64,000 nucleotides of DNA from Dipteris shenzhenensis (Eukaryota), in NCBI GenBank assembly GCA_047967505.1, contig CM106538.1; one strand, given 5' to 3'. The stretch's first letter is position 1; each line of letters opens with the position of its first letter. Of this stretch, positions 1 through 12,829 are shown in pieces. The notes beneath the pieces are model-generated. The model had not been told where the DNA came from. It was given only the letters and a program-made list of their open reading frames with translations, and did no database searches. A program made the position numbers and the translations under genes.

Positions 1-2172
1 AATACATAGAAGATATTATCTGACATACCAACTATTTTTCGTTATCTATAAAAGAAATTTCACAATGAGATTACCAAAGCAAAAAAACTTGCCGGCAAAC
101 AATCATGTCATAGGCTTTTTCTTCTCTTTAATTTTCTTCAATTCAATTCACTTTAATTTTCTCCAATTCAGTTCACTTTAATAGACCACTTTATTGAAGC
201 ATACCATATGTATCACACAATAATAATTTTGTTATCTACAATTAAGCTAGGATTGGCATCTACTCAAGCGGGCTATGAGGATACAAGCCCTTTAAGTAAT
301 TATATTTTTTATGATATACACATCTTCTCATCCTTATCAATGCACATAATCATAAAAAAATCTTAGCTTACCTAGATTATCCTAGATCTTATATAGGCTA
401 TCATATTTTATTCTCTTTTTCATGCTATTTTAATATGATTTATCACAATATAGGAAAATAAAAATACGGGGATAGATACGTATCTTCTTTGTCCTAAAAC
501 TTTGCTTGCTTGGTTGAGCCCTAATTAACTTTCTTTTGCTTCCCATTCAATAGTTGGTCTAATAACTTTGTGGTTCAAAAGAGATTCCTTGTAGAGCGTC
601 TCTTTCATAGTGACCTCATCATATGCAACTTAAGAAAAGCAATTAAGTAAAGCAAAGAAGAAGGATAAAAGATGTATCTAGAGATGCCTTGGCTGTCTTG
701 TCACAACGCTTGTATGCTTGATTATGTCTAATAAGCTGAAGAAATTGCCAATTGTTCTCAAAGTAATAACATGCATACCATGCATCTATTTGTCCTTGTT
801 TCATTTGCAGCACTTGATTCTTAAGTTACTCCTATTTTTTCCTTCCAAATGAAATAGCCGTGGTCTTTTGCTTAGGAGAGCGACATCCTATTGAGATTTT
901 CATATGACTTTCATTCTTGAAATCACATGTTGCTACTATTACTTTAAATATCATGAAGTCTATAAGAATATGAATCTTTACCTTTCTCATGCCCTAAGGT
1001 TAAGTCATCTTTGGTCATGGCTATTCATCTTCCTATCCAAAGACAGCTTCTACCAATTCATTTTGACAGTAGGCAGTGAAAAGAAACAACCATAAATTTC
1101 TTACTTGAATTTGGAATAAATTGATCCAACCACTCAAAAGAACTGGCTCATACCCTTTGAACAAGGTTGTGTGGATCATTTTTGTCAATCACAATTGTAG
1201 CGTCAATTTTCAAATCATCTTTGATAACTTTTGCATACAAACTCAAAACTAGTGATCAAGTAGTCGAAACAATCAGGAAGAACATTATGAGAACGACTGT
1301 GTCATCAGATTGGAGAAAATCATGTTGTTTCCCTCCCGTAGTCAAGCTAGAGTGTAGCCAGGCTCTGATACCATTGTTACGAAAATTAAACTTAGACATG
1401 CTCACAAATTCAAGATTTACCAAAACCATAGAAACCAAAAACAAGGAAACAAGTGGGGAAGAGAAGAGAAAGAGAGAGCGATACTGCATGGGGTCCAATC
1501 TTCCCCCCCTAGATGGTGGCTCTTGCTTCCCATCTAGAGTATTTATAATTGTAATTCCAAAAAGCAAAGAGCCAATAATAGTTCATCCGAAAGCATCCCT
1601 TGTCCATAATTAAAGGGATTGCTCCACATAGCTCCAAGATCTTAAAATATCACAAGGCTTAATATGCCCTCATCCACAATTTAATAAAATAAATTAGCCC
1701 TCGGCTTAAAATTAATTACTTTGCAATATGGCTTATGGCCTTTGATAGTCATTAGATACTTGGATCAATCCAAATCACCTTCAACATCTCCATTCCTCAT
1801 TATCCAACTCATCATCTGTACTCAAGTTGCCAACTATGTTAGTTGTTACAATTAATTAATGAATCATCACACCAGCTAATCCCAACACAATTGTATGCTT
1901 GATATATAGACATCGAAATACACACCTTCAAACCAATTGCAATAACACCAGTAACACTAGCGACATTAGAATTAACATGGAATCACCATAATACTAACCA
2001 TCTACTTGGCAAAACACAGGTAGTTAGGTGTCTCCAACTAAATCGCACAAAGCATCCACTAGGACCCCTGCCGCGTCCGGTGTGCTCCTATGGAATACTT
2101 TGCCATAGTCACACTTGACTAAAATAAAATAATTTCTATAGCAAGAAATACCAGAAATACAATTCTGTAACA
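1..2172 (-). mobile_element. 5' part of an LTR retrotransposon (5' LTR 1375-2172, PBS 1362-1373, degenerate internal region running off the window)
   Basis: GCTCTGATACCA at 1362-1373 is the reverse complement of the tRNA-iMet PBS TGGTATCAGAGC. The adjacent segment is bounded by inverted termini TGTTAC (1375) and GTAACA (2172). LINE coding sequence starts immediately after 2172. No recognisable internal ORF. Confidence 0.7.
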
Positions 2173-5100
2173 AAATCCCTCTGTTGCAGAAGGAAGATGG
2201 GTCAATGCCAATTCAGAGGAAGAAAACATGGAGGTCATTATTGGTCATTTCTAGGAATTGCTTAGCACAATAGACCCAGCTGATGAACAGGTACTTGAGG
2301 CTAAGAAGAGATGCCAGCAAGTCAGGCAGAGTATGGTGTCAACAAGCTTGGATAGGATGCAACTGGAAAATGATTTTTCCATTCAAGAACTTAAAGAGGT
2401 TGTTTTCTCTACGGCCGATGGCAAAACTCCAGGAGAAGATGGGCTCCTAATAGAGTTTTACAAAACCTTCTGGGACACTATTGGTCCTACCATTATGGCA
2501 GTATGGCAAGAAAGTTCTAATTAGGGCTTTCTTCCATAGCACCTAAATGGAGGGGTTATCAAACTCATCCCAAAAGACAGGGACAAAATAGTCTTAAAAA
2601 TTGGAGACCTTTGACAATGTTAAACTTTTCTTACAAAGCTTTTGCCAAAGCCCTATCCCTAAGGATAAGGAACAAGATGGACAAATGGATTCTATAAAAG
2701 TAGAAAGGCTTTATTAAGGGCAAACATTTATTAGAGGCAATTATAAATCTTTGGGAGGGTTGCACTCATGCAGAGGAAACCCAACAAGATGTCTACTTTA
2801 TCAAAATTGATTTTGACAAGGCCTATGATAGGTTGAACTAGGACTTTCTTCTAGAATCTCTCAGGAATTTGGGTTTAGGGAAAAAGTTCACCTCTTTTGT
2901 TGCTTTTTTTCTCTCTAATCCCTCAGCTAGAGTTTGTCTAAATGGAGAGATGAGCCAAAACTTTATTTTGAAAAGATCCATAACACAAGGGTGTCCTTTT
3001 GCCCCTTTATTATTTGCCATTGAAGAGCTGATGCCTTGGGGTGGCTGGTAAAAGATCAGGTGTCTATTAACTCGATTAGGGGAATTGGGCTCCCCTCGGG
3101 CAAGCATCTGGTAAATCAACAATTTGCAAATGACACAACTTTAACCATTAGAAACACTAATGTGGACATTCAAGGTGCAATGAAGCATATGGATCAATTC
3201 TACTTGGCATCAGGGTCTAAGATAAACCATACAAAAATAGGATGTGCCCTTCTCTCAGGAAGCTCACAGATACTTTTGGATCAGTTGGGGTGCTAAAAAA
3301 TTCAACATGGACAAATCTTCAGATTGTTGTGTTCAAAGTCAAAATAAAGGATAGATGGAATAGTTTTTAGACAGGTTCAAGAAGAGAATAGATAGACTTA
3401 GAGGTTTGTAGGCGAATCTAGTAGGAAAAAGAGTTGTCCTAAACCACTGTATCTATCCTATCTCCATTTTCTACCTCTCCTGCTGGTGCCCTTTTAAAAC
3501 AAGGCTAGAAAAGTTTATCAGGATTTGCAGGTCATTCTTATGGGAGGGAAGTGACACAAAAAGGAGAATCTCAAAGATCAAATGGTCTTTTTGTACTAGA
3601 CTAAGGAATGAAGGAGGATTGCGAGTGGCTAATATTCAATTAGCTGCTTACAAACTTGCTGCTACTTGGATTTTAAAAGCCATTACTTCCCTAGACAGTG
3701 ATTGGGATAGCTTCTTAGAAATTTTAAATTTGTCAGGGCCCCCAAGTGGAAGAATTTCCCTCTTCTTTCTGCTATTGGCAATCTACAGCCATGTATGACT
3801 AAGGGAAGCCAACTTTGGAAAACACTTTGGGGTGCATTTGAACAGATAAAGAGTCACCTAGTCCTTTCTAGCAAAGGAAGTTTCATGGCTTTGGATTCAA
3901 TCTGGGTGTCAGTTTTTTCACAAAATAGCAGTTATGTAATGAGGACCTCTCTAGAGCCTCGCATTTGTCAAGGAAGGTTTTACACACTTGGGGGGACTTG
4001 TGGGACAAGAACAAATTTAAATGGAAGACTTGATTAGATATTAGAAGGGGATTCAGGTTAACTAATGATGATCAAGAACTGGTTGTGAATAGAATTCAGC
4101 TCTGGGAGGGTGATATTACATAGAATTTGAACAAATCAAGAGTCACCTATTCCTTTTGAGCAAAGGAAGTTTCATGGCTTTGGATTCAATCTGGGTGTTA
4201 GTTTTTTCCACAAAATAGCAGTTATGTGATGAGGACCTCTCTAGAGCCTAGCATTTGTCAAGGAAGGTTTTACACACTTGGGGGGGCTTGTGGGACAATA
4301 ATGGAAGTCTTGGTTAGATATTAGAAGGGAATTCAGGTTAACTAATGATGATCAAGAACTGGTTGTGAACAAAATTCAGCTTTGGGAGGGTGATATTACA
4401 TAGAAAGGGGGCAGAATATTAAACTATTCCAAAGAATTTAGATGGGTGGGTAACTCCTGTTTTTTACCCATAGCCACTCCATCTAAAGGTATAGAAGAGG
4501 TGGTGTCCACTCTCAACACCAAATGGAAGCTCTCTGATAATGAGAGGAAGTGGGAATTTAGATTGTCTTTGATCTCGGAAAAAAAAAATTCCAGAAAAAA
4601 TGTCCACACTCTTGTGGTGGATTCTTCATAAAGCTGTTTGGACCAACTACAGGTGCCTGAGTATTGGCAAGGGAGATGGAATTTGCAAATCTTGCCCTAG
4701 GATAAAAGAAGATATTGTTCATTTGTTCATTACTTTCCCTAGAGCTAGGAAGGTCTGGAAGGTGATCCAGCTCTGGCTAGGGGAACCTATCAATTGGAAG
4801 TCTCTTTTACTAGGAGATGCCTTGAAGATACCCTATGCCCTATGGGTCATCATCAAAGAACATGCACTGTGGTTTATATGGATTGCTAGGAATGCCTTTC
4901 AGTTTAATGATGCGTACTTAAGTGCTTAACAGTTATTCATAAGTTGGTATGGAAAAAATGCAACTTTTCTTGCTAACTGACTCTTCTCTTTTGTGGACCA
5001 GACTAAATACCTATTGGACCAAGATATTCATAATTTTAATGATCAGATTTCTCAGCTATAGGTGAAACTGGAAGGACACATCAGATCTGTTGGAAGCTAC

Positions 5101-5442
5101 TCCAACTCCAGCCAGGACTTGCAGACTCAGATTATCCCTCCTCTTTTTCTAGTCAAAGATGAGCCAGAAGGTTGATTGCTTTCTACTGATTTTTTTACTC
5201 TTTGCCCAAGTTATGCAAGAGACCTTTCCTCCCAATAAATTTTTCAGAGTAGATTACTCAAAGACTATAGACCAGATCAAAGGGTCTGAATTTTTGTTTT
5301 CTATCACCAAATAGTGGTATTTTTGTCTTCAAAGTAGATCTTTCTCCTTAGAGGAGAGAATTTTGTTCAGCACGGACATCATTGTACAAAATCATATGAA
5401 TATAATATAAGTAACATTTTCTTTGCCCCAAAAAAAAAAAAA
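2173..5442 (+). mobile_element. Degenerate L1-clade LINE, ORF2 portion (RT and zf-RVT) with poly(A) tail
   Basis: Fragments KTPGEDGLLIEFYKTFW, IDFDKAYDR, SITQGCPFAPLLF, QQFANDTT (YADD-equivalent) and CKSCPRIKEDIVHLF. Many stops and frameshifts. A-run at 5430-5442. Confidence 0.9.
3850..4404 (+). repeat. Tandem duplication of about 275-290 bp inside the LINE
   Basis: AGAGTCACCTA...GGGTGATATTACATAGAA occurs at about 3850-4125 and again at about 4139-4404 with a few differences. Confidence 0.9.
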
Positions 5443-5549
5443 CCTAGTGGAGATGCATTTTTTAGATGATGTTCTCACTAAGCATTAATTGTTTCATTTG
5501 CATTAATTGTAAGCATTTCACTTGCATTAATTGTTCACTTGCATTTCTA

Positions 5550-6040
5550 GTCCCGAATGTAAGGTGCAAGCATACGGCCCTCATTGGGAAGCTGATTACA
5601 CGTCTCTTTTTGGATAAGGCAGGCAAAGGGGAGGTGTGTGGGCACTTGGCCTGGACTGAACTGGTACGACAAACTGGTCTCGACTTTCCCCCTCCACGTG
5701 GCAGGCTCTGACCTGATAGCGGGCCTAGTTGAAGCCTGGAAGAGCTGTGGAGCGCTCCTCAACTGGAAGGGCAAGAATGGGCTCCGAGGGGATGGAGGCC
5801 TACAAGAGAGCATTTGGTAGAGCTTCACCCCAAGTAGAGAAAGTGAAGTGTACACCCTACACAACATCAAGAGAGCCCGCAGCCTGCACAAGAAAGGCCT
5901 GCGGTGATGGAGAGATCTCTTGGACCAACGCAAGGCCGATTGGGAGACCCTAGCCGGCATCAGGAGGAGAGTCCACATGACGGAACGAGAAGCAGACCTT
6001 GTAAGAGCTACATTAGAAAGAACCCCGAGCAGTTGGCCGT
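5550..6040 (+). mobile_element. Short L1-like ORF2 fragment (post-RT region)
   Basis: NVRCKHTALIGKLITRLF...AWTELVR resembles DLQCRALLCKMVIRGL...PWKDF in other LINEs of this window. Confidence 0.45.
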
Positions 6041-7748
6041 CAAATTCCGTGATTAATTCACTTCCCATAGGTTTTCACAATCTAACCCAAGGTAAACCAT
6101 ATGTAATGGCAATAAGACCATCAATCCTAACCCCACCATAAACATGATTGAATCAAGAGAATGTATTAGGAGAATCATTGCCTTGGATGCCACTTCCAAC
6201 CAAGGTTGATGACATTAACACTCTTATGCACACCATTGGAGGATACACTTGCTTGTTACAAGGCTAGTGCATGTTTTCAAGTTAGGATGGTATACTCATG
6301 AGCTAGCTAATTTGAACTATGGGAGTTTCTCTCTGGCCTCCAGAGTCCATGCCAACTCCATAAGTAGAGAGTTTACTCCAATTCTATTAAGGGCCTTTAC
6401 ATGCCACCCATCTCATGCCCTCCTCATGCCTAAGTTGGTGGCAACCAAAAATGATCTCAGGCAGGTCAGCTTGGGCATCAACTTTGCACACAAGGCATTA
6501 AATTTCTTGACATGTACCTCCAGTATTTTTATTTCTTTCACTAGTGATTTCGTCGAGGTACCAATGTGCAGATAACATTTTAACAACATCACTAAGGACG
6601 AAAAAAAGGTGTTGATTGCCAATTTTTCATTGGCTTAAGTAATGGGTACGCATCCTTTGGCAGTTAAGAATGGCTTCCTAAGTTGAGGCCAAACATGAGC
6701 ACTAGGTGGTAGTTTTGGACTCTTTTGAAGTTCAGTAACCAATTGTCTGTAAAAGGGTTGTGCATGTCATACTAATTAAACATCCTGATTGGCTCCTTGC
6801 ATTATGGATGAGCAAGTAGTCCTTAGTACATAAAGGCCCTAAGTAGATCTAGTCTAGCCTCTATAGTCCACGCCGATTTGAATAAGTAGAAAGTCCATGC
6901 CAATTTCATTAAGTACTTTTCACTTATTGTTTGTATTCGTCGGCTTTGCTTTAGCCTCATACTCCGCACCCGTATCTCACCCCTCTCTTATCCCCTCCTC
7001 CAACTCCCCTCTCCTTCTCCTCGCTCAATCCCCCCTCCTCCCCTCTCCCTCTTTGCCCTCCTACCCTTATGGGGGGCTGGTCTATATAGTGGTGTTGAGA
7101 AGCTTCTCAAGAAGCTGAGGCGACAGAAGAATTAAGAGGCAGAAGCTTTTGAAGAAGTCGCCAATCCAAAGGCAGATCAATATGCCAGCATACTTTAATC
7201 AATCGCGAGGTGGTTGATTAACACCTCAACATTACCTTAATACCTATCTTCTTTTGACGTGTGCGACAACTAATTAATGGATTTTCTTTTTGGGAACATC
7301 GTGGGCACCTATTCAACTTTCAATGGAAATTCTATTCCAAGCTCTCCCAACCATTGTGACTCCATACTTAATGGAATTGGTGCCGGTGTAGACTAGCAAG
7401 GCCAGTCCAATTAATGCAATTGGAGTCAACCCAATGGAATTGGCATGGACTCGCGAGGCTAGACTGAGTGGACTTTCTACTTTACAAAATTTGCCTCGCC
7501 TCTCTAAGCCGAATGGAGGTGTGAGATAGTAGTAGGCTAATGAAGTGAGGTTTGAGAGGAGGAGAGTGAATAAAGCTGAGAAGGGGGCTAATAATATTAT
7601 TAGGCGAATGGAATGAAGGTGGTGCATTATTATTATTGGCAGGAGCAACTATATAACTGTCGTTGTTCTTTGTTTGTTTGTTGTTGCTTGGCCAGCCGAC
7701 TCCCTGAGCTGCGTTTGCCAGCCCATCGCCATAGCCATCCTTGCCCGC

Positions 7749-7859
7749 ATGCATCTCACGCTTCTTTCCATCTTATCGCCTTTTCTTTTCCCTCCTCCAT
7801 CACTCCCATCATCCAATCCCCTCTCGCTTTCCATCTCTAGCTCCATCTACCTCCGTTAG
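7749..7859 (+). other. 36-codon upstream ORF in frame with the ribokinase ATG; Ser/Pro/Leu-rich and transit-peptide-like, ending in TAG
   Basis: ATG at 7749, MHLTLLSILSPFLFPPPSLPSSNPLSLSISSSIYLR, TAG at 7857-7859. The same frame then stays open (RTDLAHSYSHSNFHLLT) to ATG 7911. Confidence 0.55.
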
Positions 7860-7910
7860 CGCACAGATCTCGCCCATTCATACTCCCATTCAAACTTCCA
7901 CCTCCTCACC

Positions 7911-8114
7911 ATGACTACTTCCCCCAGATTCCCTACTGCCCCCCTTGTGGTTGTTGGATCCGCGCATGCAGACATTTACGTGGAAATCGATAGACTCCCT
8001 TCACCAGGAGAGACACTCCCCGCGAGAACTGGTCAGACGCTTCCTGGAGGAAAAGGCGCAAATCAAGCCGCTTGCGCAGCGAGGCTTTCTTACCCAACGT
8101 ATTTTGTGGGCCAG
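7911..8114 (+). CDS. RBSK: Ribokinase-like PfkB family kinase, exon 1
   Basis: PLVVVGSAHADIYVEIDRLPSPGET...GQTLPGGKGANQAACAARLSYPTYFVGQ matches the plant ribokinase N-terminus and PfkB signature 1. Donor CAG|GTATGT at 8114/8115, phase 0. Confidence 0.92.
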
Positions 8115-10249
8115 GTATGTTTCATACGATTCAGTTAAAACGAGCAATGTGATTTTCTTTAAACATAGCATGCCAACGTGGTGTACGTGCTTTCTTTAGG
8201 TGGATTTTGGCGTGGCAATGTGACTTTTAGATTTTACTATTGTGGATGGTCTATTTCATCCTATAAGGATCAGATCGTTCCCTAGGCGGAATGGTCTACT
8301 CACCATATATGTGCCTTGAAGATCTCCTATAGAGGATCAAACCGCTAAGTCTATTCACGATGAATGGTCCACGCACAGATATAAATCTTCAAAAAGATCT
8401 TTACTTTTTCTGCGTGAGCTGGGCTGACCAACGAATCTGAGCTTATCGATCTGACAAACCACGCACAATAATTTTACATGTTTCAATGAGAACAAGATTA
8501 ACATATGTTTTGCAACAAAAAGAAGATGGGGAGATAATCGACAACTTTATCTGATTGGTTTGGATTGGCAAAGGCTTCTTCTAGTTTCTGTAAATTAACT
8601 CTCTCCCTCTCTCTCGACTCTCTGACAACCACATAGGACCCCTTTATACTTGCTTATTGGCAGGAGGCTTTTTTGGAAAAACGGGGAACAGGCAGCCACC
8701 AATGCAGCGGCATGCATGGGAGAATTTGCGCTTACTAGCACATATCTTGGCATATGCCTATCTCAACTCTTGTCATCCTTTTTTTTTTCTCATGAAGATC
8801 GTCACAATGTCCTTATGTTGATAAAAAAATTTAACAGCACCGGAACCAATAGAGGCTTTTTGAATTATGTCCTCTCAACAAATATTTAGTTTCGACCATA
8901 CGCTTGTTTGGCGAAAGTAATGACAAGAGGACACCATGGGAACGATTGGCTCATGTGTACGCTTTACAAGAGCTACGTCCCTAGGTTGTGATCCAAGATG
9001 GCCTGAGGATGAAATCCACGGTGCTTCCAGGTTTGAAGGTTGGAGTCCAAGTTGCATGGAAGGCTCCAAGAAGGGACTGCAAGCTGGCAATATAGCATGG
9101 ACTTCATTTTGTTGGGAAGTGGTCCATATTAGCATGAATTGCTCATTGATTCTACTTTCAGTAATATAGAGTGGAACATCATATATGTGGCTAGCAAAAG
9201 TTGTGATCTCATCCAAACCAAGTCTACATACATTGCTTCATAGGTGGCATCTTAGCTCATGGAGCATGTCTTCAAATTGCATGGCTTACCTCTAGAGATT
9301 GTAAATGACATAGAGATGTTAAATTTATGGGGAGTTTTTAGCAAAATTTGTTCCCTTAAACGAAAATTAAACTTATGGCAAGTACAGCTTGTCTTCCCCA
9401 GCAAATCGTGGTGATTGCAAGAGTGTCATTCACAGAAACCATGGGACAAATACATAGTGATCCTCTCTTGGTCGCGTTCAAGGGAGGCATAACCCCCTTA
9501 ACCAGGTGGGTTCTAGCCACAATTCAGACCACTATCTTTTGTTATCAGTAGGCATATTTGGGTGTTCCCAATTTCTGCAACACCGCCTGCTATTTCAGAA
9601 TTCATCCTTTCAAGGGTTCCATACATACGGCAAGCACAACATGTAAAGTGAAATCTGGTTAACATGACAAATTTTTGTGGGTGCATTTGTGTGAGTACAT
9701 CTATGATCATATTGTCAAATTTGCAGCATTTTACAACAACGATTCAGTTTCTTATCAAATTATATCCTACTTGCATCAGTAGCTCACTCAAAACATCAAC
9801 TGTAACAAAGTTAAGTTTCTACAGGAAAATGGAATAAATTGATAACGTTCAGAAGGAAAGGTTGTTCTTCATTATTTTTTGTTTAATTAAACATGGTATA
9901 ATTGGAGCCATCTAGGTGGCTTGAATAACCCATGGTGGGAAACCATGTTTCTAAGCGTAAAAAAATCATGTAGAACAACCTTGCCTTTTGGCAGCCCATT
10001 GAAATTTTCCATTCTTATGTAGAAATGGAGATCCTTAAGGTGATGCTTTGAATAAGGTGTTGATGAAAACGGAGTCTACAAGGATCATGTATGTCGTTGG
10101 AAACTTTTTGACATGAAAGAAACAGAAATTGGAACACTTATTTAACTAGCTCTATGTTTGGTGTCATTCAGGGTTTTAATTTTGCTTTTTTTTTCCTTTT
10201 TTAAAAGAATCTTTATGGCAATGGCATGTGCTCCATGAACTTCATGCTC

Positions 10250-12500
10250 CATGCTTAGCTATGGCTCTGCAGTTCTCATATTGTAGCCTAGTTTATTAGG
10301 TAGCATGGATGGGCTAATGGTAGGAATGGCATCCATAGCTCGATCCATAGGAGCTACAACAAGGCTATAGATTGATTTGATAGGTCATATAGGTAATTTT
10401 AGGGGTATGCTAGGTAGTCTAGAGCCACCGTATGGCTATTTTCATGGTTTAAGAGCAATAAGAGTTGCAATACAATAGGCTTATTTGATAGTGAGATCAA
10501 ATGTTCTCTTTTCCATGGGCTTATAGGTGCTGGCACAAAGGCAAACTCTTGTAGACAGCAAAGGAAGCACCAGGGGTTGAGTAATTAAAATCATTCCATG
10601 GTTAGCTGCCTCCTTGACCACTCTGTAGCCTCTCTCCCTTTGCAGACTCCTAAGATTAAATATGGATACTAGTTCCAAAAAGGGACATGTGGCAGAATAA
10701 TAAGGAAATATTAGCAGCTGTCATCATTCCAACAAATGAGAATGCTCCTGAAGGGGTGCCAAGTGTCTAATGATTCTTCTTCATTAAGAAAGATTAGCCT
10801 CAAAAGGGGCCTTTATTAGTGCTTCCTTATCAAACTGATTGGCAGGGTGATTTGTGGTAGATTGGTCCAAGTGGAATTTTTTTCTTTGGGTTCTTTTCTG
10901 GTGCTGTTCAGGTCCCTCCTTCCACACTTTGAATATGTACTTTTCTGGCTTGTTGCTGCACTGTTCCTCCTCTATAGCACTACACACTGCTCTTGAATTC
11001 CAGCTACCTCCTTGAGCGTAGCACACTGCTCCTGCATCCCCTCATCATCCACTTTCTAGAATGCCAAGTAACACCATTAGGTTCCAAGATTTTAAGGTCA
11101 CTTGCAAGGTGACAAGGCAATTCCTTATGCTCTTTCAAGTAGATCCTATATTTGATTCTTTGTTATGGCTTTGGGGGAATTAGTTTTGGTTGAGTGAAAC
11201 AGTCTAATTTGAACTTCTATCACCTTCCCTTTTATGGATTTGGCCTTTTAGCATAGGTATCAATTGTCTCTATATGTGGAATTCGTCCATGGAATGGACA
11301 AATTGAATGTGTATCTGTGTGTGGAATTTGTCCATGGAATGGGCATGCCAGTTATCTTCCTTGCTATGATAATTTTTTGTGCCAATCTAAAATCTCCTAT
11401 CCATTTTGTGCTACTTTCTTGAAAGATAGGGACTTTAAGCATCATTATTAAAGAGACTTATGTGAAGCAATTATCTTTGACAATTTTTCTTTGTTTTACT
11501 AATGGATTTTTTCCCCAAATTTGACTGCTTTGGTGCATCTTGGATAATTGCACTAGCTTGGATGTACTCATTGTTATATAGGGAAGAGAACAAGATGAAA
11601 AGACATTGTTCTATTGGAAAGAGAACAAGATGAAAAGGCAAGACATAGCCATGTAAGAGAATGAACTATAGATAATGACAAATAGCCCTAAGCAATTCTT
11701 AGCAAGCTCATTGGTGCCCACTAAGGTTCCTCTCCTTTCTCTTGCACGCTGCTTCCTTGTGTTGCGGCATTAAAGTGTGCACAATATATGTCCATATGCT
11801 GGCCAAGGTTTGAGCTGGGTGAACTTGCACCTTGTCAAGTGTGTTCCTACATCTGGCGCTCCAAATGTGTCAAACAATGATGCTAGCAATGATCTCCCAA
11901 CTTGTGTTTACCAATGCATTTGCAGGCCTTTACTAAGTGAAAGAAACAATACCCAAATTAGAGTAGATGGGACTGCATCCTAAAAACCCATGAGGTTTCC
12001 TAGCTTTCTTAGAAAACCTTAGGTCCAATCAACAAGAGCCAAGCTACTAATCCCCAAGTGATATACAAAGCCTTCCCGTAAGCCCAACTACCATTGCCCA
12101 AATGATGCTGGCTGCACTCCCATAGGCAATGCTCGATAGACTTTGTAAGATTGATGTATTGTTACATTCTTGGCTAATCATGGGTTGCCAATAGCTAGCC
12201 CTAGGGGTAGGGGAGACCCTAGATGGCAAGGTTAGTAGCCTAGGGTGGAAGACCCTAGGGCTAAGGTTATCTGAATTAGAGTTTCAAAGGGTGAAAAACA
12301 TTTGGCCTTGGCCTAGGCTATATATTGGCATGAGCACTTGGCTATGGACATTCATTATTGAGTACATGGATTGTGGATCTTGGCCGTAGGCATGGTAGGC
12401 TAGCAAGGTAGCCTAATACCTTCCTTGTGAAGGTGATGTCCATGGTACGGGATATAGATGTCTACTGGGCTAGGGTTAGGCTGTTGACCTTTCCATGACC
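10250..12500 (-). mobile_element. Highly degenerate retroelement remnant (possibly Gypsy gag region) in intron 1
   Basis: Weak gag-like fragments on minus (IVKD...VSLIMMLKVPIFQE; possible zinc-knuckle relic near 11760-11810). No intact ORF. Confidence 0.3.
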
Positions 12501-12829
12501 TATATTTGCTTGAGAGTGAGCTCGAGGAACTCTATGTAGGTGGTGAATTTCATACGGTGATTCAAGCAGCTCGTCTCTTAGTCTTCGGTTGGATGAAGGT
12601 GACCGTGTTTGCTAATTCAATGGTATTAGATAAGGACTTTACCATGAGAACTGGAGTGAAATTCAAGAGGCATTCATTTCAATGGTGTCAGAGAATGACT
12701 TCACCATCAGAATTGGAGTGGAATGAATGAAGCTTCTGGTTGTGACTGGTTGTGTTTTTCTGGTTTTCTGAAGGTTGTTCTTTGTGCTTTGGAAGAGCAA
12801 AAAAGCTTTGCATTTCCATCAACAATTGT

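Noticed and set aside
1167-1613. 148-aa and 103-aa ORFs
   Set aside because: They straddle the PBS/LTR boundary and have no recognisable motifs.
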